Positions 8,436 to 17,865 are shown, counted from the first letter of the stretch. The stretch: 32,000 bases of DNA from Acetohalobium arabaticum DSM 5501 (GCF_000144695.1 NC_014378.1:1335833-1367832); one strand, 5' to 3'. Program-made: numbers and translations. The notes: generated by a model not told the origin, from the letters alone.

Positions 8436-9572
8436 TTAAGTTTTATTTAAATCTCCAATTGAAATGACCATATCTTTATTAATTAATAATTTGTTATTAG
8501 CTATGCTCTCTAAACTTTTTACTTTAGGAATCTTTTTATTATTATAGTGAGTATAATATTTAATTTCACCAATTTCTTTATTTGAGTTATCAAACTCAAA
8601 ATCATATATCCCTTCATCATTACAACAAGTAAAAAATAATCTTTCTCTATTTTTGCTTACAAAACAATCCACAAAATTTTGTATAAAAGAAGGAGCATAA
8701 GCTACAAAATGTTTGTCTTCAGATTTAATATAGCCATATAGTGGTTCCATAACATATGAATACCAAATCAAATCATCGATTTCTAATTTTTTATGCAATT
8801 CATTTTCATATTTTGGTTTACCATTATAGTATTTCAAATTTACAAATCCATTTCTTTTCTTACCATTCATCTCATGCCACTTATAATGAGCAAACTTTTT
8901 ATCTTCTAAGTCTACAATTCTCTTTTTAAGAAATCCATACTTTTTAGCTGTTTTTTCAATAGCTTTACCAATTTGAGTATTAAGTTTAAAGTTTGTTTTA
9001 ACTGTAGGAGAATATGAACTTGATAATGAATTATAATCTTGATACTCTTCTACTTTGTATAATTTATCCTTTTTCATACTATATATATTTAATTTTCTAA
9101 TCCAAGAACCGGTACCAGAACCATGTTCAATAAAAACAATTTCTTCTTCTCCATCATTATCAATATCCTCAACATTTAAACTCTCTATTAGAAATGAAGA
9201 CTTTTTCTGCCAAACAGAAGTATAATTTTCACCCAATTTTCTTAAAATGCAAATTTTATGATCATATCCATTATTACTTTTATTAACTTGAGTAAATACT
9301 GCAATAAACTCATTTAAATTGATATTTTTATACGGTACAGCTTTTAAAATTTTAGATGATAATATAGAATATGCTATATTTTTTGCTTCTTTATCCTTAA
9401 TTTGTGAATTGCAAATGAGATTTTTATTGAATAAAAAAAGCCTTAATTTATGTTTACATTTATTTAGTTTCCCATAGATTTTACCTAAATTAGATACAAT
9501 AAAATCCAAAATTATTCCTAAGATATTAAAGCACCTCCACAAATTAGTCTTTCGCATAACTTTAATCTTCAC
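8436..9572 (-). CDS. Hypothetical protein with N-terminal hydrophobic anchor and one FG-GAP/VCBS-like loop (ORF-X)
   Basis: Long open frame of 378 aa with a GTG start at 9572 (alternative ATG at 9557). Hydrophobic segment LWRCFNILGIILDFIVSNL. VEDIDNDGEEEIVFIEHGSG resembles a calcium-binding FG-GAP loop. I recognise no other family. Lys/Asn-rich, even more AT-rich than its neighbours. Confidence 0.5.
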   Translation of the reverse strand: MKIKVMRKTNLWRCFNILGIILDFIVSNLGKIYGKLNKCKHKLRLFLFNKNLICNSQIKDKEAKNIAYSILSSKILKAVPYKNINLNEFIAVFTQVNKSNNGYDHKICILRKLGENYTSVWQKKSSFLIESLNVEDIDNDGEEEIVFIEHGSGTGSWIRKLNIYSMKKDKLYKVEEYQDYNSLSSSYSPTVKTNFKLNTQIGKAIEKTAKKYGFLKKRIVDLEDKKFAHYKWHEMNGKKRNGFVNLKYYNGKPKYENELHKKLEIDDLIWYSYVMEPLYGYIKSEDKHFVAYAPSFIQNFVDCFVSKNRERLFFTCCNDEGIYDFEFDNSNKEIGEIKYYTHYNNKKIPKVKSLESIANNKLLINKDMVISIGDLNKT

Positions 9573-9584
9573 GACACTACTCTA

Positions 9585-9673
9585 TGTCGCAAATACTCCA
9601 TATTAAGATATATCATGAAACAGTATCGCAAACACTCACTATACCTCAGTATTTACGTCTGTCGCAAATACTC
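9585..9673. repeat. Three direct copies of TRTCGCAAAYACTC spaced 36-39 bp
   Basis: Copies are tgtcgcaaatactc at 9585-9598, tatcgcaaacactc at 9624-9637 and tgtcgcaaatactc at 9660-9673. They lie just upstream of the ORF-X start on the minus strand. Confidence 0.7.
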
Positions 9674-9768
9674 ATTATCTATAACTACTATCCTATTTCC
9701 AGACAAACCCATTAATTCCCTCTCTAAAACAAAAAATCCATCATTTCTATCCACTTAACCTATTATAA

Positions 9769-10245
9769 AAGCCTCCCCACAGTAATAAACATTACGAAGT
9801 CCTCCAGCAGAATAAAGTGAAAATCCCCGATAACTTCGACTCCTTCATACTTGATGGTATCGAAATCTATGCCGTCCCTGACTTAATCTATAAGAATCAA
9901 GCCGGCAGAACCATCATCGTCGACTGGAAGACCGGCAATCCCAAATTAAAAGAGGATATGAAGCAGCTAGAGATCTATGCCTACTACTGTTTTCATAATT
10001 TCAATTCCAGCCAGCCGATTACCGCCCGGCTGGAATATCTCAAAACAGGTAAAAAACATGAGAAAGTGGTATTTCCAGAAGAGAAAGAACGAATTGCAAG
10101 TGAGATATTAGACAGCGCAGCCAGAATGAAGGCCTATCTAGCCGACAAAAAAGAGAATATCCCACTACCAAAAGAAAAATTTATCCCGCAGTGTCAAGAA
10201 AGAAAGTATACTAACTGCAAATTCCGAGGATTCTGTCCTGGCTAA
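9769..10245 (+). pseudogene. 5'-truncated Cas4/RecB-family PD-(D/E)XK nuclease with C-terminal Cys cluster
   Basis: The frame is open only from 9769 (after TAA 9766-9768). The ORF track starts it at GTG 9817. It retains motif II-III (AVPDLIYKNQAGRTIIVDWKTG), QLEIYAYY, and C-x8-C-x5-C (CQERKYTNCKFRGFC). The N-terminal part normally carrying the first Cys and motif I is missing. Confidence 0.55.
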
Positions 10246-10246
10246 T

Positions 10247-11446
10247 TCAACAATATATATCCGAAAACTCCATATCTATCTTATTTATTATACTATCATG
10301 AATTTCTATCTTTTTTCTTTCAGCATCTTCCTGTGCTAATTTCTGAGCAGGAAGCTTTATGATAAACTCGCTTCCGCTACCGTACTCACTGTGAAGATCT
10401 ATTTCACCATCATGTCGTTCTATAATCAAGTTCACAAGAGATAATCCTATACCGCTTCCTTCATTATTCCTGGTAAAAGATTTATCTACCTGTCCAAATC
10501 TTTCAAATATTATCTCCTGTTTATCCTTTGGAATCCCGATACCCGTATCCTTCACAGAAATAGAGATATTATCTCCTTCATCGGATAAATACATAGATAT
10601 TTTATCTCCCTTATCAGTAAACTTTATAGCATTAGAAAATAAATTTAACATAACCCTTTCCATATTAAAAGAATCACAAGCAATTACTTTTTCCTCTATT
10701 TCAGAATCAAATTCTAATTCCCTTTTTTTATTTTCAGCATACTCCTTAACCGAAAAGAATACTTTTTCTACAAGTGAAACAATATCACAGTTTTGAAACG
10801 ATAAATCATAAGACCTAGAATCTAATTTATTAATATCAACTAAATTTTCAACTAATTTTAGTAACCTATTAGTATTCCGTTTTATAGTATTGAGATATTC
10901 CATATATTTATCTTCATCTTCATTCTTTTCAAGATTTAATTTTAACAATTGCATTCCAGAAAACATCAAATTCAATGGAGTTTTAAGCTCATGGGATAAA
11001 TTAGCAAACAGCTCAGTTCTTAATCTATTCTGTTCAAGACGTTCCTTCAATGCTCTGCGTTTAGTAATATTTAAAGAAATTCTAATAATCCCCTTAATTT
11101 CTTTTTCCTTATTTTTAACAGGATATACCCGTACCAAATATAAATTTCCATTAGGATTTATTTTCTCTCTTTCTACAATCTCTCCTGTCGCTTCAGCTTT
11201 TTCTACCAAACAATCTTCGCATAGCTGACTACTGTCATGTACTAATTCATAACAGTGCCGTTCTTTTATTTCATCAAAAGGTTCATTAAATTCTTCTATA
11301 GCTGTTTCATTTGCCCAGAGTATTTCTCTCTCTAAATTTTGATAAATTACAATATCATGTAGATTATCTAAAACATTTGTCAATGTTTCCTCAATATCTA
11401 CGCCTTCTTCTTCAAAATTCTTCTTTAATAACTCCTTTAATTCCAT
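10247..11446 (-). CDS. Cytoplasmic PAS sensor histidine kinase, paralog of 1797..3968
   Basis: 399 aa. H-box LFANLSHELKTPLN. The catalytic core and C-terminal tail are collinear with the first kinase (ELEFDSEIEEKVIACDSFNMERVMLNLFSNAIKFTD, ...IDMEFSDIY). The PAS region carries HCYELVHDSSQLCEDC. Confidence 0.9.
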   Translation of the reverse strand: MELKELLKKNFEEEGVDIEETLTNVLDNLHDIVIYQNLEREILWANETAIEEFNEPFDEIKERHCYELVHDSSQLCEDCLVEKAEATGEIVEREKINPNGNLYLVRVYPVKNKEKEIKGIIRISLNITKRRALKERLEQNRLRTELFANLSHELKTPLNLMFSGMQLLKLNLEKNEDEDKYMEYLNTIKRNTNRLLKLVENLVDINKLDSRSYDLSFQNCDIVSLVEKVFFSVKEYAENKKRELEFDSEIEEKVIACDSFNMERVMLNLFSNAIKFTDKGDKISMYLSDEGDNISISVKDTGIGIPKDKQEIIFERFGQVDKSFTRNNEGSGIGLSLVNLIIERHDGEIDLHSEYGSGSEFIIKLPAQKLAQEDAERKKIEIHDSIINKIDMEFSDIYC

Positions 11447-11600
11447 ACTATTAACCCCTTTTATGAAATAAATTCATGATAATCCATTACTTTACTCCAT
11501 AAAATAAATTCATGATAAATATATTATTTCCTTTTTGAATATAGAGTTTTGTTATTATTTTGTAGTCATAAATGACTAAGTAATAAGTAAACATAATCCA

Positions 11601-11643
11601 TAAAAAAGATCTCCGGAATCCCTCCGAAGACCTTGAAGATCTT
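11601..11643 (-). terminator. Probable terminator downstream of the Lon-like protease gene
   Basis: On the minus strand, AAGATCT...AGATCTT forms a stem enclosing an inner GC-rich stem (CUUCGGAGGGAUUCCGGAG), followed by UUUUUU. Confidence 0.55.
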
Positions 11644-11658
11644 AAATTATATATTTTA

Positions 11659-14046
11659 TTATTTATCTTCCTTATCAACAAATTCAGTAGCCTTATTGGC
11701 CATCTGTTTTAACTCTTCTTCTACCTGGCTGTGTACTTTCTCAGCTTCTACGCCCATCATAAGCTCAATTGCTTCATCAATCTCTTCTACTGAATAAATA
11801 TTGAACTCACCACTGCTGACAGCTTCAACAATCTCCGGCTTCAGCATTAAGTTATCTTCATTCTGTTTAGGAATTACTACTCCCTGACTGCCGGTTAAAC
11901 CTTTAAGCTTACATACCTTATAGAACCCTTCAATCTTTTCATTAACTCCGCCGATCGGCTGAACCATACCTTTCTGATTCATCGAGCCAGTAATAGCCAA
12001 ATCCTGCTTTACAGGAATATCAGCAATAGCAGACAGTAGAGCAATCAATTCAGCACAGGAAGCACTATCGCCGTCAATACCGCCGTAATTCTGTTCAAAG
12101 GTAAGAGAAGCTGATAAGCTAAGAGGCTGTTTTTGAGCATACTTACCGCCTAAAAAGCCGGATAGAATCATGACACCTTTATTATGAATCTTACCGCTCA
12201 TATCAACTTCCCGCTCAATATTGACTACCCCTTTCTGGCCTAAAAAGGTTCGAGCAGTAATTCTAGTCGGCCGTCCAAAAGAATACTGTCCGGTTTGATA
12301 GACTGATAAACCATTAATCTGCCCTACTTCCTTGTCTTCCACATCAACCAAAATATGACCGCGGTCAATCATTTCCTGAATTTTCTCTTCTGTTAGATTA
12401 TATCTATATTCTTTCTCCTCAATAGCTTTAATCACATCATTTCTATTAATATACTCATCATCATTCTCCATCTCCGCCCAGGCGTTTGCTTCAAAAAGCA
12501 GTTCTAAAATTTCATTAAACTGCGTCGACAGCTTCTCTCTATCGTCTGTCAGCCGGCTGCTGTACTCAATAATCCTACTCACTGCTCCAACAGTAAAATG
12601 TCTAATATCTTCACTGTCACTGATTGAAGATATAAAAGAAGCAAACTTTTCCATATTCTCTTCACTTCTCTCCATCTGAACATCAAAATCAGCCTTAACT
12701 TTAAATAATTTTTTAAACTCTTCATCATAATTATAAAGCAGCTGATAAATATAGGGATTACCAATCATAATTATTTTAATATCAACAGGAATAGCCTCCG
12801 GCTTGAGAGTAGTGATTGGCATACTTCTATACTGCTCACCAATATTTTCCACTACAATCTCTTGATTGAGTAGGATTCTCTTCATAGTCTCCCAGGCTAA
12901 AGCATTTGTCAATACATCCTTAGCCTTAACAATTAAGTACCCGCCGTTTGCCTCATGAACAGCTCCTTTTTTAATCATAGTAAAATCAGTAGTAATCGTA
13001 CCTAACTGGCTCTTTCCTTCAATCTTTCCAAATAAATTATAATAAGTGGGATTCGGCTCATAAACTACTGGTGCGCCCTCTAAATTAGAATTATCAACTA
13101 ATAAGTTTACTTTATAGCGGGTAAAGAATGACTCATCCTCCTTCTGCATTTGAGTTAGAGAAATTGTAGGTGTAGTATTATCTTTCTGTTTATTCCTAAA
13201 TTGATCTAAATTCTCCGTTATATCCTTCTGCACCTCTTTTAAGTACTCAATAACCTGCGGATAATCTTCATATTCATCCTTTAAACTGGCTATAATAGGC
13301 TGAATCACCGACAGAGCAATCTTCTTTTCCTTATTCTTTAATTCCTTTTTAGCTTCAGACTTCAAATTATTAATCTTGCGCATTACCTGTTCCATCTCAT
13401 CCTGTATCTGCTGACTCTTCTCCCGTAGATTGCTTCTCTTTTCCTCATCTAACTGCTGGAATTCATTCTGTTCAATCGGCTCTTCTTCTTCATTAAGCGG
13501 CACTGGTACCAGATTATCTCCCGTATTCTGGAGAGTAAATCCCCGTTCCTTAACATCCTTCTCAAAATCCTCCATAATCTGATTCGACTTCTGACGGTAC
13601 TCATTCATTATCTCATTCTTTTCTTGTTTATACTCTTCCCCGGCAAAAACCTGCGGAATCTCAGTCTTTAATTCTTCAATTAATTTATCCATATCTTCTT
13701 GTAAGTTAGCTCCCTGACCAGACGGTAAATTTAAAGCACGCGGCTTTTCCGAATCAAAGAAGTTATATACATAACAAATATCATCAGGCACTTCAGCATC
13801 CTTAGACTTTCCCCGAGCCAACGTCTTAGCATAAGTAGTCTTACCAGTACCAGGAATTCCAGAAATAAATATGTTATACCCTTCCTGCTCAACTTTTAAT
13901 CCTAAATCCATTGCCTTAACAGCCCTATTTTGCCCAATAAGCTCACCAGTAATTGGTTCTAATTCATCTGTAGTCTCGAAATCAAATCTTTCCGGCTTAC
14001 AATTACACTTTAATTGAACAGCAGTTAACCTCTTATCATCTACCAT
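11659..14046 (-). CDS. Lon-like ATP-dependent protease (AAA+ domain with long helical insertion plus Lon Ser-Lys protease domain)
   Basis: 795 aa. Walker A GIPGTGKTT. Charged coiled-coil insert. C-terminal Lon protease domain with GGIDGDSASCAE (catalytic Ser) and GGVNEKIEGF (Lys). Confidence 0.85.
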   Translation of the reverse strand: MVDDKRLTAVQLKCNCKPERFDFETTDELEPITGELIGQNRAVKAMDLGLKVEQEGYNIFISGIPGTGKTTYAKTLARGKSKDAEVPDDICYVYNFFDSEKPRALNLPSGQGANLQEDMDKLIEELKTEIPQVFAGEEYKQEKNEIMNEYRQKSNQIMEDFEKDVKERGFTLQNTGDNLVPVPLNEEEEPIEQNEFQQLDEEKRSNLREKSQQIQDEMEQVMRKINNLKSEAKKELKNKEKKIALSVIQPIIASLKDEYEDYPQVIEYLKEVQKDITENLDQFRNKQKDNTTPTISLTQMQKEDESFFTRYKVNLLVDNSNLEGAPVVYEPNPTYYNLFGKIEGKSQLGTITTDFTMIKKGAVHEANGGYLIVKAKDVLTNALAWETMKRILLNQEIVVENIGEQYRSMPITTLKPEAIPVDIKIIMIGNPYIYQLLYNYDEEFKKLFKVKADFDVQMERSEENMEKFASFISSISDSEDIRHFTVGAVSRIIEYSSRLTDDREKLSTQFNEILELLFEANAWAEMENDDEYINRNDVIKAIEEKEYRYNLTEEKIQEMIDRGHILVDVEDKEVGQINGLSVYQTGQYSFGRPTRITARTFLGQKGVVNIEREVDMSGKIHNKGVMILSGFLGGKYAQKQPLSLSASLTFEQNYGGIDGDSASCAELIALLSAIADIPVKQDLAITGSMNQKGMVQPIGGVNEKIEGFYKVCKLKGLTGSQGVVIPKQNEDNLMLKPEIVEAVSSGEFNIYSVEEIDEAIELMMGVEAEKVHSQVEEELKQMANKATEFVDKEDK

Positions 14047-14120
14047 ATATTTACTCCTCCTCTTTTTTAAAACATCCTTACTTTAATATTACTACAAAAA
14101 AGATTATTTTCCTCTAAAGT

Positions 14121-14149
14121 AAAAAAGCATATTCCAGGCCGGAATATGC
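14121..14149 (-). terminator. Rho-independent terminator after the M23 peptidase gene
   Basis: GCATATTCC-ggcct-GGAATATGC hairpin followed by TTTTTT on the minus strand. Confidence 0.8.
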
Positions 14150-14199
14150 TTAAGTATATTTTAATAATTAATTGCAGAATCCAATTTAAAATTTACCTT

Positions 14200-15162
14200 T
14201 TACTCTTTAATATAATCCATAGGATTTACAGGTTTACCGTTAACTTGAATTTCATAATGTAAATGTGGACCAGAACTACGCCCAGTATTACCGCTATAAG
14301 CAATTAAATCACCGCGTTCAATTTCATCTCCTACTCTGACATTTACTCTGCGGTTATGTCCATATAATGTTCTAAATCCGTAGCCGTGATCAATCATTAC
14401 CAATTTACCATAACCATTCTTCCATCCAGCATGGATTACTTTACCAGCTCCTGTTGCATAAATTTCTGTTCCGTACCAAACGCCGATATCTACTCCTTCA
14501 TGCATAATCCGTCTATTTAATATAGGATGAAGGCGATAACCAAAATCAGAAGTAATACGTTTCTTTTCCGTTTTTACCGGCCAACCGACAGGTTTAGAAG
14601 CTAAATAATCTTTATATTCAACTACTGAAATTTTTAATTGTTTTAATTCTTTTTTCTTTTTAGGAAATACATTCTTTAGTTTTTGCAATCTATCTTCAGT
14701 ATTATTAACTAAATTACTGGTATATCCGCTAGCTAAACTGGCTTCTGTTGTATCTTCGCCAAAATTAATTTCTTGATTAGTAATATGTATTAGAGTTTCA
14801 CTATTATCTGCTTGACTGTTAGCTTTCTCATACCCAATTATATTCTTGATTTCAGAATCAATGGCTTCAAGTTCATTAAATTTAGCCTGCAATTCTTGAG
14901 TTTCCGCTGATAAATCATTTAATTTATTCCTTAATTCTATATTTTCCTTCTTTACATGATGCAGCTTATCTATTGTCTGTTGCAATTTAAGATTTCTACT
15001 ATAATAGATAGTTAATCCAAGACTACTACCTACTATACTCAATATTATAAAGCTAATAATTATCTTAAGTAATTTTTTAGAAATTTTAAAACTAACTAAC
15101 TTTCCTGTTGAGTGAGGAATAATCTGGATAGTTACTACCTTCTTTTGTTCCTCATAAGACAT
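14200..15162 (-). CDS. M23/LytM-family peptidoglycan metalloendopeptidase with N-terminal TM and coiled coil
   Basis: 320 aa. TM segment IISFIILSIVGSSLGLTIYY and a coiled coil. M23 motifs HEGVDI and GPHLHYEI. Confidence 0.9.
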   Translation of the reverse strand: MSYEEQKKVVTIQIIPHSTGKLVSFKISKKLLKIIISFIILSIVGSSLGLTIYYSRNLKLQQTIDKLHHVKKENIELRNKLNDLSAETQELQAKFNELEAIDSEIKNIIGYEKANSQADNSETLIHITNQEINFGEDTTEASLASGYTSNLVNNTEDRLQKLKNVFPKKKKELKQLKISVVEYKDYLASKPVGWPVKTEKKRITSDFGYRLHPILNRRIMHEGVDIGVWYGTEIYATGAGKVIHAGWKNGYGKLVMIDHGYGFRTLYGHNRRVNVRVGDEIERGDLIAYSGNTGRSSGPHLHYEIQVNGKPVNPMDYIKE

Positions 15163-15474
15163 ACCTTAATCCTCCTTAACAATACATAAATAAATCCCTA
15201 CCCCTCTTAAATTATGATCCTAAAATACTAAAGGAATAGGAATAAGGATACAAAAAGGAAAACATTAAATTTTAATTTATATTATTTTATTCATTATATT
15301 AATTAAATATCAGAATGACAAATTCCTGCATCTTAACCAAAAAAAATTAAAAATAATAAATTAAGATCTCATATCCAAATTTAATTACTCTTTTAACCAT
15401 AATTTACAGATTGAGTATATAGCTGACTTATGTTATGATTGATTTAGAATTTTATTTTAAGGAGGCCTTATCCA

Positions 15475-16431
15475 ATGTCAAGTACTAAAAAAAACTTAAT
15501 AACACTTCTGTTAATCTTCATCATTATTTCTACTGTCTGTATAACCAGTTATGCAGCAAGTAATTACACTATTCAATCAGGAGATTCACTATTTTCAATT
15601 TCACGCAAATATAATACTAATGTTTCCACTTTGGCTAAAGCAAATAAGATCAAAAATCCTAATTTAATTTATAGTGGATCGACCTTACAGGTTCCTGATG
15701 CTGTTGAAACTAAAAGTACAAAAGATGATTCCAATACTTATACCTCCGATAATTGGCTATCAGGAAATGGTATGATTTCAATTTCAGACAGCAAAGATCG
15801 CTCGAAAAAAATCTATCGCAGAACTAAAGCAGACAGTATGCAGATAGCTTTAACCTTCGATGACGGGCCAGATAAGATATATACACCACAAATACTAAAA
15901 ATATTGAAAAAATATGATATTAAAGCTACCTTCTTTTTATTAGGTAAAGAAGTACAGAAATATCCGCAGATTACTAAACAAATTATCGAAGAAGGACACT
16001 TAATTGGAAACCATTCCTGGTCCCATCCTGACTTAACTAAGTTAGATAAAGAAGAATTAAAAAAGGAAGTCTTAACTACAGAAGAAAAGATTAAAGAAGT
16101 TACCGGACGTGCTCCAGCATTAATTCGTCCGCCTTATGGAGCAGTATCGGATGAAATAGTGGATCAACTTAAAGAAATGAATTATAAAATAATCCATTGG
16201 TCAGTAGATTCATTAGACTGGAATTCCGATACTAAAGAAGAAATTTTGGATAGAGTACTTCCTAGATTAAAACCCGGTGTCATTATTTTATTCCACTCCT
16301 CTATTGGCAAAAGTCGAAATTTAACTCCTACAGTTCAAGCTCTTCCGGCTATCATCGAAGAGCTACAGAAAAGAAATATTGAGTTAGTTACTGTCGATAA
16401 ATTGTTATCCTTAGCCTCATATAAATCATAA
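15475..16431 (+). CDS. Secreted LysM-domain polysaccharide/peptidoglycan deacetylase (NodB fold)
   Basis: 318 aa. Signal peptide, then LysM (YTIQSGDSLFSISRKYNTNVSTLAKANKIKNPNLIYSGSTLQVP). NodB motifs TFDDGP and HSWSHP. SD AAGGAGG. Confidence 0.9.
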   Translation: MSSTKKNLITLLLIFIIISTVCITSYAASNYTIQSGDSLFSISRKYNTNVSTLAKANKIKNPNLIYSGSTLQVPDAVETKSTKDDSNTYTSDNWLSGNGMISISDSKDRSKKIYRRTKADSMQIALTFDDGPDKIYTPQILKILKKYDIKATFFLLGKEVQKYPQITKQIIEEGHLIGNHSWSHPDLTKLDKEELKKEVLTTEEKIKEVTGRAPALIRPPYGAVSDEIVDQLKEMNYKIIHWSVDSLDWNSDTKEEILDRVLPRLKPGVIILFHSSIGKSRNLTPTVQALPAIIEELQKRNIELVTVDKLLSLASYKS

Positions 16432-16458
16432 AACCAAACCCAAGTTGGGTTTGGTTTT
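16431..16458. terminator. Bidirectional terminator between convergent cell-wall genes
   Basis: AAACCAAACCC-aagtt-GGGTTTGGTTT perfect hairpin flanked by A and T runs. Confidence 0.8.
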
Positions 16459-16464
16459 ATATAT

Positions 16465-17502
16465 TTAATTATAATAATATCGCTTGATTCCTGCTACAAC
16501 TCCCTCGACAATCTTCTGTTGAAAGGCAGGCGTAGTCAGTAAATATTCTTCTTTCGGATTGGACAAAAAAGCAGTTTCAACTAAAATGGCAGGTACATTG
16601 TTCCCCCTTAAAACAGCAAAATTAGCAGCTTTTAATCCGTTGCTATCTGTTCCTGTTCTTTTGACTATCTCATCCTGTACATACCAGGCTAAAGCCCAAT
16701 TATTCTTAGAAGCATTCCAGTGAGCATAAGTAGTTGTTCCCGTAATCCATGATCTATAATTATAATCAGCATGAATACTAATGAACATATCCGCCGGCCA
16801 ATCATTAGATATTGCAGACCGCTGTAAAAGTGGAAGGTCTTGACCTTGTTCTCTAGTTAAAATAACCTGAAAACCTTCCTCTTTTAGCTGCTGATAGACC
16901 CTAGAAGCAATCTGATAATTTACTCTCTTTTCTTCAACTCCTGAATGACCAATTGCTCCCGGACTTTCCCCTCCATGGCCTGGATCTATAACTATCCTTT
17001 TGCTCTTCTTCCAATGATAATTTTCAGAATTACTAGTTAAAGAAGAAGCCATTACCCCACTTATATTAGTTATTCGGTTAGAATGATAATAAATCGTTTT
17101 AGTACTTCCCTTCCAAGCTAAATTACCGCCATAAATTTTAGGTAAGAATCTTAAAGGAACCAATACTTTCCCATTTGATACTCTAACTTTAGTCTGCAGC
17201 GGAACCGTTATTGAATTAACTACTGCTTGATTACTACCTACCGTCAATTTAGCAGTTAAATTCTTACTATCGATTCTTAACTCTTGTCTTCTGCTATCCC
17301 AATTCAACTTAGCCCCAAAATGTTTAGAAATCACCTCTGCAGGTACTAAAGTTCTACCGTTAATAATAATTAAATTAGTCTTTATTCTCTGACCGTCAAT
17401 GATTAATTTTGCTTCTTTGGCTTCTACTGAAAAAGAAAAGAGAATAATTATTGCCAATAAGATTACCAATACTTTATATTTTATAGTCAATTTTTGCAGC
17501 AC
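16465..17502 (-). CDS. N-acetylmuramoyl-L-alanine amidase (Amidase_3) with copper-amine-oxidase-like N-terminal domain
   Basis: 345 aa. Signal peptide. Stalk domain (GRTLVPAEVISKHFGAKLNWD, GKVLVPLRFL). Amidase_3 core (IVIDPGHGG..., FISIHAD, ILVETAFLSN). The track start is GTG 17502. TTG at 17490 is better spaced from AAGAGGTG. Confidence 0.85.
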   Translation of the reverse strand: MLQKLTIKYKVLVILLAIIILFSFSVEAKEAKLIIDGQRIKTNLIIINGRTLVPAEVISKHFGAKLNWDSRRQELRIDSKNLTAKLTVGSNQAVVNSITVPLQTKVRVSNGKVLVPLRFLPKIYGGNLAWKGSTKTIYYHSNRITNISGVMASSLTSNSENYHWKKSKRIVIDPGHGGESPGAIGHSGVEEKRVNYQIASRVYQQLKEEGFQVILTREQGQDLPLLQRSAISNDWPADMFISIHADYNYRSWITGTTTYAHWNASKNNWALAWYVQDEIVKRTGTDSNGLKAANFAVLRGNNVPAILVETAFLSNPKEEYLLTTPAFQQKIVEGVVAGIKRYYYN

Positions 17503-17613
17503 CTCTTTTGGAATATGTATTGCTGTGATTTAGGCTCTCTTCTTAAATTAGTTCCAGATTAATAACCGAAATCCTCTTATCAAAATATAGTATGATTGGT
17601 ATTCATTTGTTAA

Positions 17614-17833
17614 TTGGGAATAGCTATCTGTTATGATTTACGCTTTCCTGAATTAATGCGGATGATGGTTGATAAAGGAGCAGAAATGATTATAATTCCC
17701 GGTGCCTTCAATACAGCTTATAGAAGCAGATAGCAGAGAAGAATTACTACTTTATGAAATTGACTTGGAAAAGATTAGTAAGATACGTAGAGAACTTCCG
17801 TTATTGGAACACCGCCGGTTTGATCTCTATTAG
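17614..17833 (+). pseudogene. Remnant of a carbon-nitrogen hydrolase (nitrilase superfamily) gene
   Basis: Frame 1 (17617-17730) reads [38 protein letters not shown], then TAG. This includes the catalytic Cys motif. Frame 2 (17738-17830) reads EELLLYEIDLEKISKIRRELPLLEHRRFDLY, then TAG, a typical C-terminus. There is no N-terminal half, the middle is missing, and there is a frame shift. Confidence 0.7.
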
Positions 17834-17865
17834 TCATAAGTAACTAATTAGTAAGTGAACTGTAT

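Noticed and set aside
9585-9673. The possibility that the three direct repeats are a small CRISPR array.
   Set aside because: The repeats are only about 14-18 nt and imperfect, the spacers are about 22-25 nt, there are only three units, and no cas genes are present apart from a truncated Cas4-like fragment. The pattern fits protein-binding sites better.
11487-11681. 64-aa minus-strand ORF downstream of the Lon-like gene.
   Set aside because: It overlaps the Lon stop and the terminator hairpin, has a low-complexity basic sequence, and has no SD.
11659-14046. The Lon-like protease as a BREX BrxL-type defence component.
   Set aside because: No other BREX genes (PglX methylase, PglZ, BrxA/B/C) are adjacent. 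The architecture (AAA+ with coiled-coil insert plus Lon protease domain) matches housekeeping Lon-like proteases of anaerobic Firmicutes.
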